From Sphyrna mokarran (Eukaryota): 64,000 nt of DNA. The position numbers and the translations under genes are program-made. The notes below the pieces were generated by a model, which saw only the letters and a program-made list of their open reading frames with translations, was not told where the DNA came from and did no database searches. The number at the start of each line of letters is the position of its first letter. Positions within the stretch are counted from its first letter, which is position 1. Shown one piece after another: positions 12,768 to 25,410 of the stretch. Where the stretch lies: positions 12,772,001 through 12,836,000 of the forward strand of contig JAGIQG010000036.1 in the NCBI GenBank assembly GCA_024679065.1. Direction: 5' to 3'.

Positions 12768-12806
12768 TTTTTTTGTACGGCGCACCTCGCATTTTGCTGC
12801 GCTGTG
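12768..12806 (-). other. 23-RSS of V4
   Basis: CACAGCG-23-ACAAAAAAA (nonamer A-run expanded). Confidence 0.88.
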
Positions 12807-13845
12807 CCTCATTGCAGATGCAGTAAAAGACGGCGGAACGTGACAGATTGGCCGACTTCAACAGAAAGTGCGCTTCGCTGGGCCTCTCGGCTGTAAAGGG
12901 CTCCTTGGTGTACGGAGTAACCATTCCCTTCTTAAAAGAATAGAACAGGGCTTCGGGTTGCGAGTCCGGATACTGCCGGTACCAGTACAGGTAGCTGTAG
13001 CTCTGATCCTTCAGCACACACGTCATCTGGAATGGCTCACTCCCCGACACCGTCAGAGACACCGGGTCCTGCTCCACAAAAGTGCTTCTGTCGCCTGTGA
13101 AACATGGAGTGAGATTCAAACTCAGAATATAATTATAAACTCTCTCCCAGTATATAGATGTCCTTCCCTCCCGCTATCTCTCCCCCCTTCCCCTCTACTT
13201 TTTCTCTCTGCCTATTTTTCTCCCTCTCTCTATATTTCTATGCCCTCCTTTTCTCTGCCTGCCATCTCTTTCCTGATGTCTGTTTTTCCCCTCTATCGTT
13301 GTTTCCTTTACTGTCTCTCTATCATTTCACTCGCAATGTACATGCTCCCGCCTCTCTTTCTCTCTCTACCTCTGAATGTCTCCATCTCCTCTACCCCTGT
13401 ATCTCTTGCTCACCGTCTCTTAATTCCTTATTCTCTATTAATGTTTCTTACTTTCTCCCTTCCCCTCAGTTTGTCTGCCTCAGAAACGCCGTTTTTCTTT
13501 CAATCCCTGTACCTTTCAATCCCTATCCTCTGAATACGGTGCTCTCGCTCCCACACTCTTNNNNNNNNNNNNNNNNNNNNNNNNNNNNNNNNNNNNNNNN
13601 NNNNNNNNNNNNNNNNNNNNNNNNNNNNNNNNNNNNNNNNNNNNNNNNNNNNNNNNNNNNNNNNNNNNNNNNNNNNNNNNNNNNNNNNNNNNNNNNNNNN
13701 NNNNCCCTATATATTTATCTCGCTGTCTATCTCCAGGAAAACAAACAGCGTTGAAAGTAATCAGGTGCTGACCGGAGCTGCTCTCCACACTCAGACAATG
13801 AACGAAGATTGTCAGACACAAGGCTCCACAGTTCAGCAGTCTCAT
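12807..13845 (-). CDS. TRBV: TRBV V4 (CxCS family); apparently functional
   Basis: Leader 13845..13773 (MRLLNCGALCLTIFVHCLSVESSS); V exon 13094..12807 ending SAVFYCICN; the intron contains the N gap. Confidence 0.88.
13561..13704. other. Assembly gap (144 N) in CT-rich V4 intron
   Basis: Run of N. Confidence 0.98.
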
Positions 13846-16058
13846 GGCTATCGCTTCTCTGCTCCCCCGTTCAATCAGGAGCAAAATCTCGGGCAAAGTC
13901 ACCAGGTATTCACTAGTTGTTGGCGGGGTTCACATCTATTGTCACCGTCTTACCGGCTCCTTTCAAATCACTGGGGCAAATATGACGAGGCTAAAGGTGT
14001 GACACGCCTCTTTCTGCAGTCGAACCAATCAATAATCATAGAATCCCTACAGTGCAGAAGGAGGTTATTTGGTCCATCGAGTCAGCACCGACTACAACTC
14101 TACCCAGGTCCTATCCCTGTAACCTCACATCTTTACCCTAATCCCCCTGGCAGCAGGGTCAATTCAGCACGGCCAATCAACCTAATTCGCACATCCTTGG
14201 ATTGTGGGAAGAAACCGGAGCACCCGGAGGAAACCCACTCAGGCACAGGGAGAACGTGCAAACTGCACACAGTCAGTCACCCGAGACCGGATTGAATCTG
14301 AGTCCCTGGCGCTGTGAGGCACTAGTGTTAACCACTGTGGCACTGTGCCGCCCTTTGGCATAATAATTGGCGTTGCTCAGAGAATGAGAGCTGTGAGACA
14401 TCTGGTGGTTGCGCAGGGAATATTTCAGGAACAGCCACTATCAAAAATGGAACTCCCAATGCTCCACTCTCCGTTTTCTGATTGACGGGCCTGACTTGTC
14501 CTCCCTGATTGGTATTTGATTTAATTTATTATTGTTATATGTATTAGTATACAGTGAAAAATATTGTTTCCTATGCGCTGTAGAGACAAAGCATACCATC
14601 CATAAAGAAGGAAAAGAGAGTGAAGAATGTAATGTTACAGTCATAGCTAGGTTGTAGAGAATGATCAACTTAGTGCGAAGTAGGTCCATTCAAAAGCCTG
14701 ACGGCAGCAGGGAAGAAGCTCTTCTTGAGTCAGTTGGTAGGTCTCCTCAGATGTTTGTATCTTTTTCTGGACAGAGAAGGTGGATGGGAGAATGTCCGGG
14801 GTCTTTAGCTATGCTGGCTGCTTTGCTGAGGCAGCGGGAAGTGTGGACATAGTCAATGGACGGGGGGCTGGTTTGCAATGGGTTCATGATTGGTAGTGAT
14901 GCTGCTGATGGAACCAGAAAGGCTAATAGCATTGGTGGATAAACGGAGCGACCCAAGTGCGAGGTCATCCACTTTGGATCTCAGTCCAACAGGATAAGAT
15001 ACTTATAAATGGTGAGAAGCCACAGAGTGGCAAAGATTGTAAGGTTTTCATCAATACATATTCCAGAAGTTTGAGGGACGGGTGCAAATTTAATCTAATA
15101 ATTATTGGAAAATCCTTTAATCTCAAAGGACTGGGACACAATGGGGGAAAAAAAAACTAACAAGCAGGCAAACAACCTGAATTCCATTCAGTTCCACATG
15201 GACCCATTAGGTTTGGTGTTGAGAGGAGATGGAAATACAGAATCATCAAAATGTTACCCCCGTCGTGTTACCCTGTTTTAAAGTCAAATTATGAGGAGAC
15301 TTTCCAGACACTTGACTTCCAGTAACTTGATTTAAGAAGTTTTAATGATGAACTGATGGGTTTTAATAGGAGGGCTTGATAGGCAAGATAGAAATAAATT
15401 ATTTTCTCTGGTATGGGAAACCCCAGAACAAGGCAGCAGAATTTTAACTATGGAGCCTGGGTGATGTCCCGATGCAATTCTTCATGTAAAGAATCCTGGA
15501 AATCTGCCCCAAAGGCTGAGGTTGAATGTCAATTCGAAACTTTAGATACGAATATTCATAGCTTTTTGTCAGATAAAAATGTTGAGGCATATGGAGCTAA
15601 CGCAGGTAAATATAAAGAATAACTGTGATGAAACTGGATAGCTTAAATTCGATGGACCGAAGGGTCTCTTCCTGTTCAACCAGTTTGAGGAATGGATAGT
15701 CACTTTCTTTTCCTATGTAACATGACTGGGTGGCTGAATGACCCCTTCAAGACCTTTTGTAACAGGCTTGAGGGGCTGAAAGGCTTTATTCTACTCTCTC
15801 TTTTGGCAAAATGCCTTATTGTAGGCAATTGTTTGTTCCATCGTACTGCAGCTCCCTCACCTGTCCCTGTGGAGAAAGAACACGTTATCAGGGAACAAAA
15901 TGCAAGTGTTTTTGAGATTGCTAATCGCAATTCTGGCATTACCCACGAAAACTTTGCATTGCAACTTTTTCGGTGTCTCAATGTCTAATCATCACTGCTG
16001 TACATCATCCCTCATCAAAAACTAAAACGGGCTGAAGCAGCTGGCGTGCTTTTATCCG

Positions 16059-16107
16059 CACGTGTTTCCTGCTGCATTTGGGATTTTTGTTGAATTGCTC
16101 CATCTCT
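16059..16107 (-). pseudogene. Orphan RSS remnant (nonamer + partial spacer); V gene deleted
   Basis: ACAAAAATC (16082..16090) plus ~17 bp of the family spacer and the E-box/ETS flank; the sequence then switches to the homologue of ~33342. Confidence 0.8.
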
Positions 16108-17759
16108 GATGGACTAGGCTACGTTCATAACCATTTGTACTTTCTCGAGTCTTGGGCAGCACGGGAGCGATACCAAGTGGTGATGCAGAAAATGGGCAAA
16201 GGAGTGACAGATACAGTTTCATAGAGACAAATCTGAGGTCACAACAATGGATAGAGAAAAGAGAAACCAGGCTATGTCTTAACTGCTGAGAAACGAGAAA
16301 TGCCGGAGGTAGGAAGGAATTTAGTTGTCTAGCTACACAAACCATAAAGCACAGGTAGACATGAACAAAAAAGAATCATTACGTCCATTGGAATGCTGGC
16401 TTTTCATTAAGTGGAATTGAAACACAACATGGAGGAACTGACACTCCGGAACAGATCCCATCTGGGAGACTTCTTCCAGTTCTGGGCAGCTCATCTGAGG
16501 AAAACTATATTAAAGACAGAGAGGATGCAAAGAGAATTAGCCAAAAAAAAAACATTGAGCTCTTTAAGAGTGAAATCATGAGTACCGTTTGCTTAGGTTC
16601 CTTTGACAATAGCAGTTTGAGAGAAGAGCGAATAAGGTTACAGTTAGACATTTTCAAAACAGTTTACAACGTTAATAATTAGTGGTGCAGCGCAAAATAG
16701 TCAGACAAATTCACCGTTAGACCCAAGTCTTCAGGTAAATAAGCAGTTATGACACGAGGAACAGCGGAAATTTGGAACTCTTCCCCAAAATGGCTTGCTC
16801 CAAGGATGTGTGGGTCAGGTTGATTTGCCCTGCTAAATTGACACTTAGTGTCAAGGGGTTGGAAGGGTAAGTATGTGCAGTTATGAGGATAGAGCCTGGG
16901 TGGGACTGTGATCGGTGCATAATGGATGGGCCGAATGGCCTCCTTCTGCATTGTAGGATTCTCTGAGTCTATGCATAAGCAGTCAATGAGGATGGTGAAT
17001 TGAACATTTCGAGAGTGAGATTGGTAGATTTTGCTGGGTCATGAAATATAGAAGACTGGGGATGGAAGTAAGATACAGATCAGCTCTCATCTAATTATAT
17101 AGATTAGCAGGCTGGAAAGACGATGTGTTCACCTTTTCTTCCTGTTTCTATTGAATCAAGTTTCAGGCACTGGTGTTTTTCCGTGGTTCTGAGCGCCCTC
17201 TGCAGCCCATGTTGGGAAAGGAAGCGCAGATGCAGCGTAAAAAAACCCCACAGCCTTATTCAAATTTCCTTGCCCTTCCCCATTCCATTTTTCTATTTTT
17301 TGTTCTATTAGTTGTTTTAATTTTGCTGTATGCGGAGCTAAATTTGCCAACTGCAGAAAGCAGCGTCTGACGGTGCTGAAAATCCCTGCCGGATTCCGTA
17401 TCTAATCTTCATCTTCCAAATTCCAATCCAATCAAACACCTCTCATAACTTAAAAAAAACTCATTAGCATTATTTTCAAATTTTATTTCCCATCAGAAAC
17501 TCGACAACCTTTCTGAAAGCTTTTATTTTAATTTTCTCCAGTAATTCTTAAACCAATTACACGGTTTTTGAAAATAACTGTTCACTTCTTATTGTCAGAA
17601 TATGTTTACCCTCGCAATATCTTCACGATGGTATGAATGTAAGCCGACTTGTCACAAAGAAATGAAGTTTACTTTTACTCTGCTTTTCTGCGAGAGAAGG
17701 GGGCGAGGTCGAAGCAGCTCGTAATTGTGTCTAGAACAGGCGTTTCCTGCTCCCTTTAG

Positions 17760-17798
17760 GGTTTTTGTTGAACTGCTCCATCTCTCTGAGTCACTGTG
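17760..17798 (-). other. 23-RSS of V5
   Basis: CACAGTG + ACTCAGAGAGATGGAGCAGTTCA + ACAAAAACC. Confidence 0.95.
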
Positions 17799-18247
17799 AA
17801 GACTCCAGGCGCAATAATACACTGCCGAGTGATTCACCCACAGGCTGGGGGATTTCAGGTTGAAGTCGGAGTCACTGGGTCGCTCGGCGTTGAAACCGTC
17901 CACCGGCACTTCTGGATTTATGTGAGTGGTACCCCTGGAGTAAAACAGACACTGCAGCTCCTTCCCCGGGTACTGCCTGTACCAGTACATGTCAGGGTTG
18001 CTGCTGCCCTCCACACTGTATTTCAGTTCCACTGCATCCCCGGGAACTCCTGAGACAGCAGCGGGACGCTGGAGGATATTCTGCGAATCCGCCACTGGAA
18101 GAGACACGGGGAGAGAATGAGATTAGTGAATGCAGTTATTCGGAGCAACGGAGCATGCCAGGAAGCAAGAAAATTAGCGAGAACAATCGTTTGAAAATCT
18201 CCCACACGGTGAAATATGATGATCGGACCCAGTAATAGGTACATCAT
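17799..18247 (-). pseudogene. TRBV: TRBV V5 (CAWS family, ADSQNILQ subfamily); ORF lacking 1st Cys
   Basis: Leader 18247..18208, V exon 18094..17799 open, but ELKY replaces ELKC (Cys23->Tyr); weak donor GTGTGG. Confidence 0.82.
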
Positions 18248-18377
18248 TCGCTTGAAATCTCTTCTTCATAAGGGAAGAAGCGGGAGCAGAAGCAGAGAGA
18301 CCCGTGAGGAACCAATCCGCTATTTTCCAATCTCTGAGAGAGATTTGACGATCATGGTGAGATTGAGGAGGTTTTGG

Positions 18378-18413
18378 ACACGCCCCTTTTTCAGACAGCC
18401 AATCAGAATTAAC
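18378..18413 (-). promoter_or_regulatory. Putative promoter of ADSQNILQ subfamily (CACGCCC + CCAAT)
   Basis: CACGCCC...CCAATCA conserved at the same offset upstream of V3 (~7255-7290), V5 and V9 (~35703-35740). Confidence 0.5.
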
Positions 18414-20202
18414 ACAGTTTTTATTTCTCCGTTGCATTTCCGTTAGTTGGCTCTTCAAATGCAACAACAAGGACCTGGATTAGCAATCCGGATACTTTAC
18501 TCGCATTTAGTCAGACCTGAACAGCCTCGTCCAGTTCCTGCTTAAGCGGATAAAGGCTATGAATTAATTCTTTCATCGATGTGTAACAGGCTAGCTGCAG
18601 TGTGGGGTGAATATGTAACAGGCTACAGAGGGCTTGAAGGGGTTCATCGTTTTTCAGCGTAAGAGGCTATAGAGAGGTTGAATGATTCGGTGTAACAGGC
18701 TATTGTACTGCACTGTTGGAAGTTTCCTGTTCCTTTCAAGCAGGTTGATGCATTGTTTTTATGGCGGTGGGGTGTGGGTGCAATTCTACTTCTTTGTCAC
18801 TCAAGGGGTCGATGAGTAAATTTCAGAAATAGAGAGTTTGGTGCAACAAGGGACATGGCTTTGGTTGGAATGTTGTCAGTGTAGGCTCGATGGGCTGAAT
18901 GATCTCACTGTAAAGACTAAATAACTCTATTAACAATAATTTTTATCTAATCGAATTAAATGCCTTACAAAGCCTTCAGTTGCTAGGCAACGACTGCCCC
19001 TACTAGGAATTCTTCATGTCATGACCCTGTCTAAGCACAATAGAATCACAGTTCAAATTGAAATCAATCCCCATGAGTACAAATACTTTCGACCAACATC
19101 CATCTAACTGTAGGTTTCATTCTTCCGGGCTCAAAAACATTAAATTAAACGCACTTAAAGCTGTACATTATTACCAATGTTTACCAACGCAATTATGAAT
19201 CCCTCAAAATTACCTTATCTGTCATTAACACTTGACCCTCGTACCAGGGAGGCAACATACCACGCTTAAGTCACGTCTGCTCTTCCTCTACCAAATTTTC
19301 AATGACTATTGTGTTTCTCTCCGACATCCTCTCCTATTTAGCTCAGCCATTGTGGTGTCACAAACCTGATTCTGTCTGCATTCTCCAGAGGAATCAATAC
19401 TTCACCATCTTTCAAAATGGAAAACAGCTTTCTCAGTGGGTCCCCGAGGGACACCTACACTACCTGGCAAATTATCTTAGAAAGCTTGTTGGTCACCCAT
19501 GTTGTCCCAACCTCCAGGCCCTTAAAGTGCTGCGTGAACACCCCTCTGAAAGTGCTATTCTCGTTGCTCTCAGCATCTCTGAGACGCCACAGTGTGTCCA
19601 GCTGCAGAGTGAGCTCTGAAATCCTGAGTTCTGCAGCTAGCAACACGTACTGCACTTATGGCCATCTAGGACAGAACTGGTGTCCATGACTCTACACAAA
19701 GTTTAGGACAGGCACCCAACTCGATGAGGTCATATGCTATTTCTTAACTTTACTTGGATTACTTGTATGATCTTATAATGTTGGTACTAACTCTCCCTTA
19801 TTCCAGACGCTGCTTTTTCACACTGAGAACTTAGTCGCCACTCAATTTACTAATTTCCTTGCAGGCGCGGCAGATACAACACCCGCCCACTTAGTTCCCC
19901 TCTCCTCATCATTTGAGGCCCCGAACACTCCTTTCAGTTGAAGCAGCATTCCACAAGCGCCTCCTCAATTTGGCAAAATGTATTTGCTGCTCCTGATGTG
20001 GTCTACTTTACATTGGGAGATAAGTGCGGATTAGGTAGTTGCTTCCCTCATCATTCCAACACTCATGTTGTTTGCCATTTGAACTCAGCACCTTTCTCTC
20101 AAGTCCACGTGTCCATTCTTGACTAGCTGAAATGTTCCATTGAAGCCCAGTGCAAACTTCAGCGCCTCATCTTTCAGTTGGGCACGTTACAGGCCTTGAA
20201 AC

Positions 20203-20882
20203 TGTCGTGGTTCCCCAGGACGACAATATACTTATTAAATGAGAGTCTGAGTCTTGGTTTTCCAGGTAGTAAGACTTTATTCTCCAGCACACAAGAACAA
20301 AGCCGGGATGTCCGGAACACTCCAGTGAAATGCTCACTTACAGCTTGTCTTATACAATTTGCAGATACATACCTTGAGATTCTTATCTCATTCTCAAAGT
20401 TAGCTTATCTTTAACCACCATTAGTGCTGGTTCTGCTAATAATTTATCTTGTCGTGGATTGGTCACTAATCGATGCATTTACGACTCTGTAAAACCAGTT
20501 TGTTTATACAACAGTTCTGACCGTTGCCTTTACCCCATTAACGTTGTTTATACACAATGGTGGCTTAGCTAGACTTTAAACTAAGTGACAAAGAGAATAT
20601 ATGTACCCCATCCCTGTTTTCTAGGCCATAGTGTGACCATTGTTTCTCAAGGTTTAACTGCCTACAGCTGCTTACACTCAATGTTTAATAAATGCTTACC
20701 ATCCTGATTCTATCACACTAGCCACCATACATTCAATTACATTAAATAACATACTGGGCTCATTATATTTCAACATCTTGCCCATCGCATGTTGGTAAGA
20801 TTATATTTCGCATTGTACTGCTACTACTACAAATATTCTCTTACATTCATGATACTGTTGCTACTACAAATATTCTCTTACA
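20203..20882 (-). mobile_element. Solo LTR
   Basis: TG...CA termini, 4-bp TSD AAAC (20199-20202/20883-20886), minus-strand AATAAA ~20276-20281; empty site in units 1 and 3. Confidence 0.75.
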
Positions 20883-22475
20883 AAACTCAACACTGAGTTC
20901 AACAACTTTAGAGTGTCACCTTTCTCCTCCAGCTTGACCTCTATTTTATCCAGGTTATTTCTGTCTCAAAATAACTCCTCCTACGCCAGATGGCCATTTG
21001 TCACATCTTCTTTGGTTTAGTTTTCATTCAGCATTGACCTTTGTTCTCCCATTAACACATTCCGCTACCTTCCTTTTATATAACTCAGTATCTTCTAAAG
21101 TGCGTTTCTACTGTGCAGCTATAGATGCACCATAGAAAGCATTGTTTCTTGTTGTATCACAGCTTAGCATGGCTGGTGCTCTACCCAACCCGGAAAAAAC
21201 TACAAAAGGTTGTGAATATAGCCCGATCCATCACACAAACCAGCCTCCCATCCATTGATTCTGTCTACACTTCCCGCTGCCTCAGTAAAGCAGCCAGCAC
21301 AATTAAAGACCCCACGCATCTCGGACATTCTCTTTTCCAATTCTCTGGGACAAAATGAAAAAGTATGACGTCATTACCAACTTACAAAAGACCAGCTTCT
21401 TCCCTCCTGCCACCAGACTTTTGAGTGGACCGACCTTGCATGATGTTGCTTTTTCTCTACACTTTAGCTATGATTGTAACACTATATCCTGCACTCTGTC
21501 GTTTTCTTCTCTATGAACAGTATGCTTGTATGTATAGTGCGCAAGAAGCATTACTTTTCACTGTATCCTAATACATGTGAAAATAATAAATCAAATTGTG
21601 CCATCATTTACACTTCTCTCTCGTGTTCGACACAATTTTGTTGCAATCTCTCCCAACTCACCAATCACTGACAATCTGCTCTATTCCAGCTGCTCATATA
21701 CTTTCCCATCCATCGTACCCCTTCCTCTCTTTAGCAGTGAGGAAGAGTCTTATGGATACCATTTTCTCTCTTCACGGATGCTGCCAGATGCGCTGGGGTT
21801 TTCCAACATTTTCTGTTTTATTTATATGAGTTTAGTGTGACCTCACGGTTGTTTTTGGTGCCCGGGCTTCTTCAGGGTAGATAAAATATTCACCAGATCA
21901 GAAGCTTCTTCTCCTCCAGCAGAGTAAGACCATCTTTTGAGGGCGGAGAAAGTTACAGGGCAAAGGGCAACCTCTTTCCCCCATGCTCTGAGTTCCCACT
22001 TTGAAACACATTCTCAGCTCTACATACTGGTCTCTGTCTCACTCGGGCGGAATCTCTCTCACTGACCCTGTACCCTTACTGGCCCTTATTTATCATTTCT
22101 CTTATTTATATTTCTCCTCAGTTTCTTGTCGGAGTTATTACTGCTTTTCTTTACTGGTGGTTTCTCGTTTTCATCTCCTACACAGCGGGAGCATAATCTT
22201 CCAGGCAATTGCATGGAACGGTTCATATCACTGAAAGGCATTAATTTTATTAGCCGAGACTTCTATTTTCTAAAGGAAATACGGCCAGTCTGTTCAGACA
22301 TCCCTGTTAGTTGTCATCTGTCAGTTCCGGTATGAGCCTCACAAAAAGTCTAGCATCCAACAGGTGCCCCTACATCTAATACACGTTAGTCTGTCTAAAA
22401 AGTTTTATCTGTGAAATGAACCGCGACAAAACGTGGGCAGTTTTCTCATTCACAGCTGTTTCCTGCTGCCTTTGG

Positions 22476-22514
22476 GGTTTTTGTTGAACTGCTCCATCTC
22501 TCTGAGTCACTGTG
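22476..22514 (-). other. 23-RSS of V6
   Basis: Consensus CACAGTG-23-ACAAAAACC. Confidence 0.95.
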
Positions 22515-22989
22515 AAGACTCCAGGCACAGTAATACACGGCCGAGTGATTCACCCGCAGGCCGGAGGACTCCAGGTTGAACTTGGAGCCACTCGGTCGCT
22601 CGGCGGAGAAACTGTCCACCGTCCCCTGCGGATTCACACTTGGTGCACCTGCAGAATAAAACATCAACTCTAGCCCCTTCCCCGGGCATTGTCTGTACCA
22701 GATCATGGAACCGCTACTGGTTTCCTCCACAGTGCATTCCAACTCCACTTTCTCTCCAAGGTATTTGGAAATAGCTGCGGGAGTTTGATGGATCGTCTTC
22801 GAGTTGATATCTAGAGAAGGAATCGGAAGAGCAAGAGATTAAGGAACAGGACATTGTTACGGAGAAGAAGGGAGGGTAAGAAGAGAACTGGAAAGAAGAA
22901 AAATATATAAAGGCGGATGGTAACAAAATAGAAACCCTGAAAAATCACTCACGTTGAAATAGAACTAGCAGATTCAATAACAGATACAT
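22515..22989 (-). CDS. TRBV: TRBV V6 (CAWS family, TRBV30-like); apparently functional
   Basis: Leader 22989..22953 (MYLLLNLLVLFQ, GTGAGT donor); V exon 22810..22515 INSKTIHQTP...ECTVEE...WYRQ...MFYS...SAERP...YYCAWS. Confidence 0.9.
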
Positions 22990-23211
22990 CCTTTGAGCTT
23001 GTCTTGTAGTAGGGGAATGAGTGAAAACAGCAGCGTGTGAACCCGTCCCCTTATAGATGATTGAGGCCCCGGATAAATGATGCAAGGGTGCACATGGACC
23101 TCCCTCGCTGGTGCAAATGATTGGTTGTAAGTGGAGTCGATAAGATCAGGAGGTTTCTTGGGCCCGGTGCTACAAGAAACAAGTGAGCAAAGGAGTGGCA
23201 GCTGCGGTTTA

Positions 23212-23512
23212 TCATAGAATCCCATAGAAGCCGTTTGGCCCATCGAGTGTGAACCTCTCACAATCCCAGGCGTTATTCCAGCAAACCAATACATTTACCT
23301 TGTTAATCCTCCAGACAGTAGCGGGAATTTTGCATAGCCAATGCATCTAACCAGCAAGTTTTTAGACTGTTGGAGGAAACCGACGCACGCGGAGAAAATC
23401 CAAGGAGACACGGGAAGAACGTGTAAACTCCACATAGACAGAATCCCGAGGCCCAAATTGAACATGGGACCCTGGCGCTGTGGGGTAGCAGTGCTAACCA
23501 CCGTGCCACCCA
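23212..23512 (-). mobile_element. V-SINE upstream of V6 (paralogue ~41630-42002)
   Basis: Head + V-domain + tail. Confidence 0.7.
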
Positions 23513-25410
23513 GCTCCCCGATTTTCACTTGGCCAATTCTAGGGTCACAACTTTCAACATAAGGAAGAGGGGCCAGAATGTTTTTTAACTGTTGAGAAGC
23601 GAATAACCCCGGAGCTGCAAAGGAATTAGTTATCCAGCTCCACAACCCATTATAAACAAATAAACACATAACACAGAGCAGTAATGGAAAGCTAGTCTCT
23701 ACTTAAATGGAATGAGAATGTAACAGAAAGGAAGCGGCACTACAGTTGTTGAAAGCAGGTAGACTCCAGCTGGAAGATTTCTTTCAGTTCTGGGCAGATC
23801 ATGTCAGGAAGGCGTTTTAGATATAGAGGGAGGACAAAGTGGATTCTCCAGAATAGTATTGGGCTAAAAGGGTTAAATTATGAGGACAGTTTGCATAAGC
23901 AGCCTTTCAGTGCTGTTGCTGATTCGATTGAACCATGTTCCACACTAACGTGTTTCATGGTCCCAGCGCGCCCCCTTCTGTGTGTGTTGTAAGAAAGGGC
24001 AGATTATAAAATCCGCAGCTCTTCCCCATTCTGTTTCTGTTTATACAAGTATAAACAGGTATTTATACTTGTTATTTAATTTACTACTCTATCTGAATAT
24101 TTTCTTCATTGCTTTCCCATTCGGTTCTTCAGCTTTCTCTTAAAGGCATCAGTGATATTCCCCTCAGCCGCTCAGTGGCTCTGATCTCCAAGTCTCACCG
24201 CTCTTTGGATGAGACTTCCCGATTGAATTTTGTAATTCATTCTCATCCAGCTCTATCGTGTCAAACTCCTTTCATAATTACAACAAAGGACAATTCCCAA
24301 CCTTCATTCTCCAACGGAAACGAAGAAGCTCGGCATTTCCTGATAGTTTGATCTGTCAGATTTGTAACATTCTAGCACCATTTTTCTTTCCACTTTCACC
24401 AATCCTTAATCTAACAACTGCATTTTATTCTTATAGTCAGAAAAGCACATCAGGGTTAGTTCCAAATTTCTCTTCAGTGTTTTCTCATTGCAGTTAACCA
24501 GATCTGGAATGGTAATTGTCCACAATGAATTGTCATTTAATCATGTCTGTATGGCCCCTCCTTTTACCCGTGAGAGCCTCGAGTGGAAATGAGTGGTCTC
24601 CTCTTGTTCCTGTATAACAGCCTCAGATGGGGCTGAACGGCCTCTTCCTGTTCCTGTCTAACAGCGTCGTGTGGTACTGAGTAACTCATCCTGTTCCAGT
24701 GTAACAGTCTCGAGTGGGACTGAACGGCCTCCTCCTGTTGCTATGTAACAGACTCGAGATTGAATGGACTCCTGTTCACCTCAAAGATGTTTCAAGCACA
24801 TGGTACTAGCTCAACCCCCTTGATTCCAGAAATTGGAGAAAGCAAAGCGTGAAGAACCATGCTGATGTTACCTGCGAGAGTGTCTCAAATTCCCGGAGGA
24901 TAACCTGAAACATTTGTTCTTAGTGGCATATATCTGTTGAGAATATTGTAAGGAACAATGTACAATCCAGCGAGGAACCAGTCCCGTCGTTGTGTAAACG
25001 AGTATTGAAGTGTATTTGTTAATATACAAGAAAATAAAAAATACGCAAGGAAGACGAATGTACACAATGACATTTAAGTGCATTAATGAAAATAAACGCA
25101 TCATTTTAACTGAAGTTACCTCTTGTTCTCAAAATATTCCCTGAACTCACTGACACACACCCCTCTTTTCCCAAACAACATCCAGTTTAGTAACTCGACC
25201 CAGCAGTTCCACACTAGTAACTTTAAAGACCTGGTAAAATGCAAAATTGCTCATTTTGAAAGAAGTGAAGAGAAAGCGGATTATTATTAAATGGGGAGAG
25301 AGTGCAGTGCTGTCGTACACAGGGATTTTGGGACCTTTGTTCAGGAAACCCAGAAAGCAAGCGTAAAGGTGCATATGTTAATGGGGAAGGCACATTGATT
25401 GCGAGGTTTG

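Noticed and set aside
866-13754. Hydrophobic plus-strand ORFs (e.g. 866..1204, 12868..13533) as membrane proteins
   Set aside because: Translations of CT-rich low-complexity flanks and antisense V exons.
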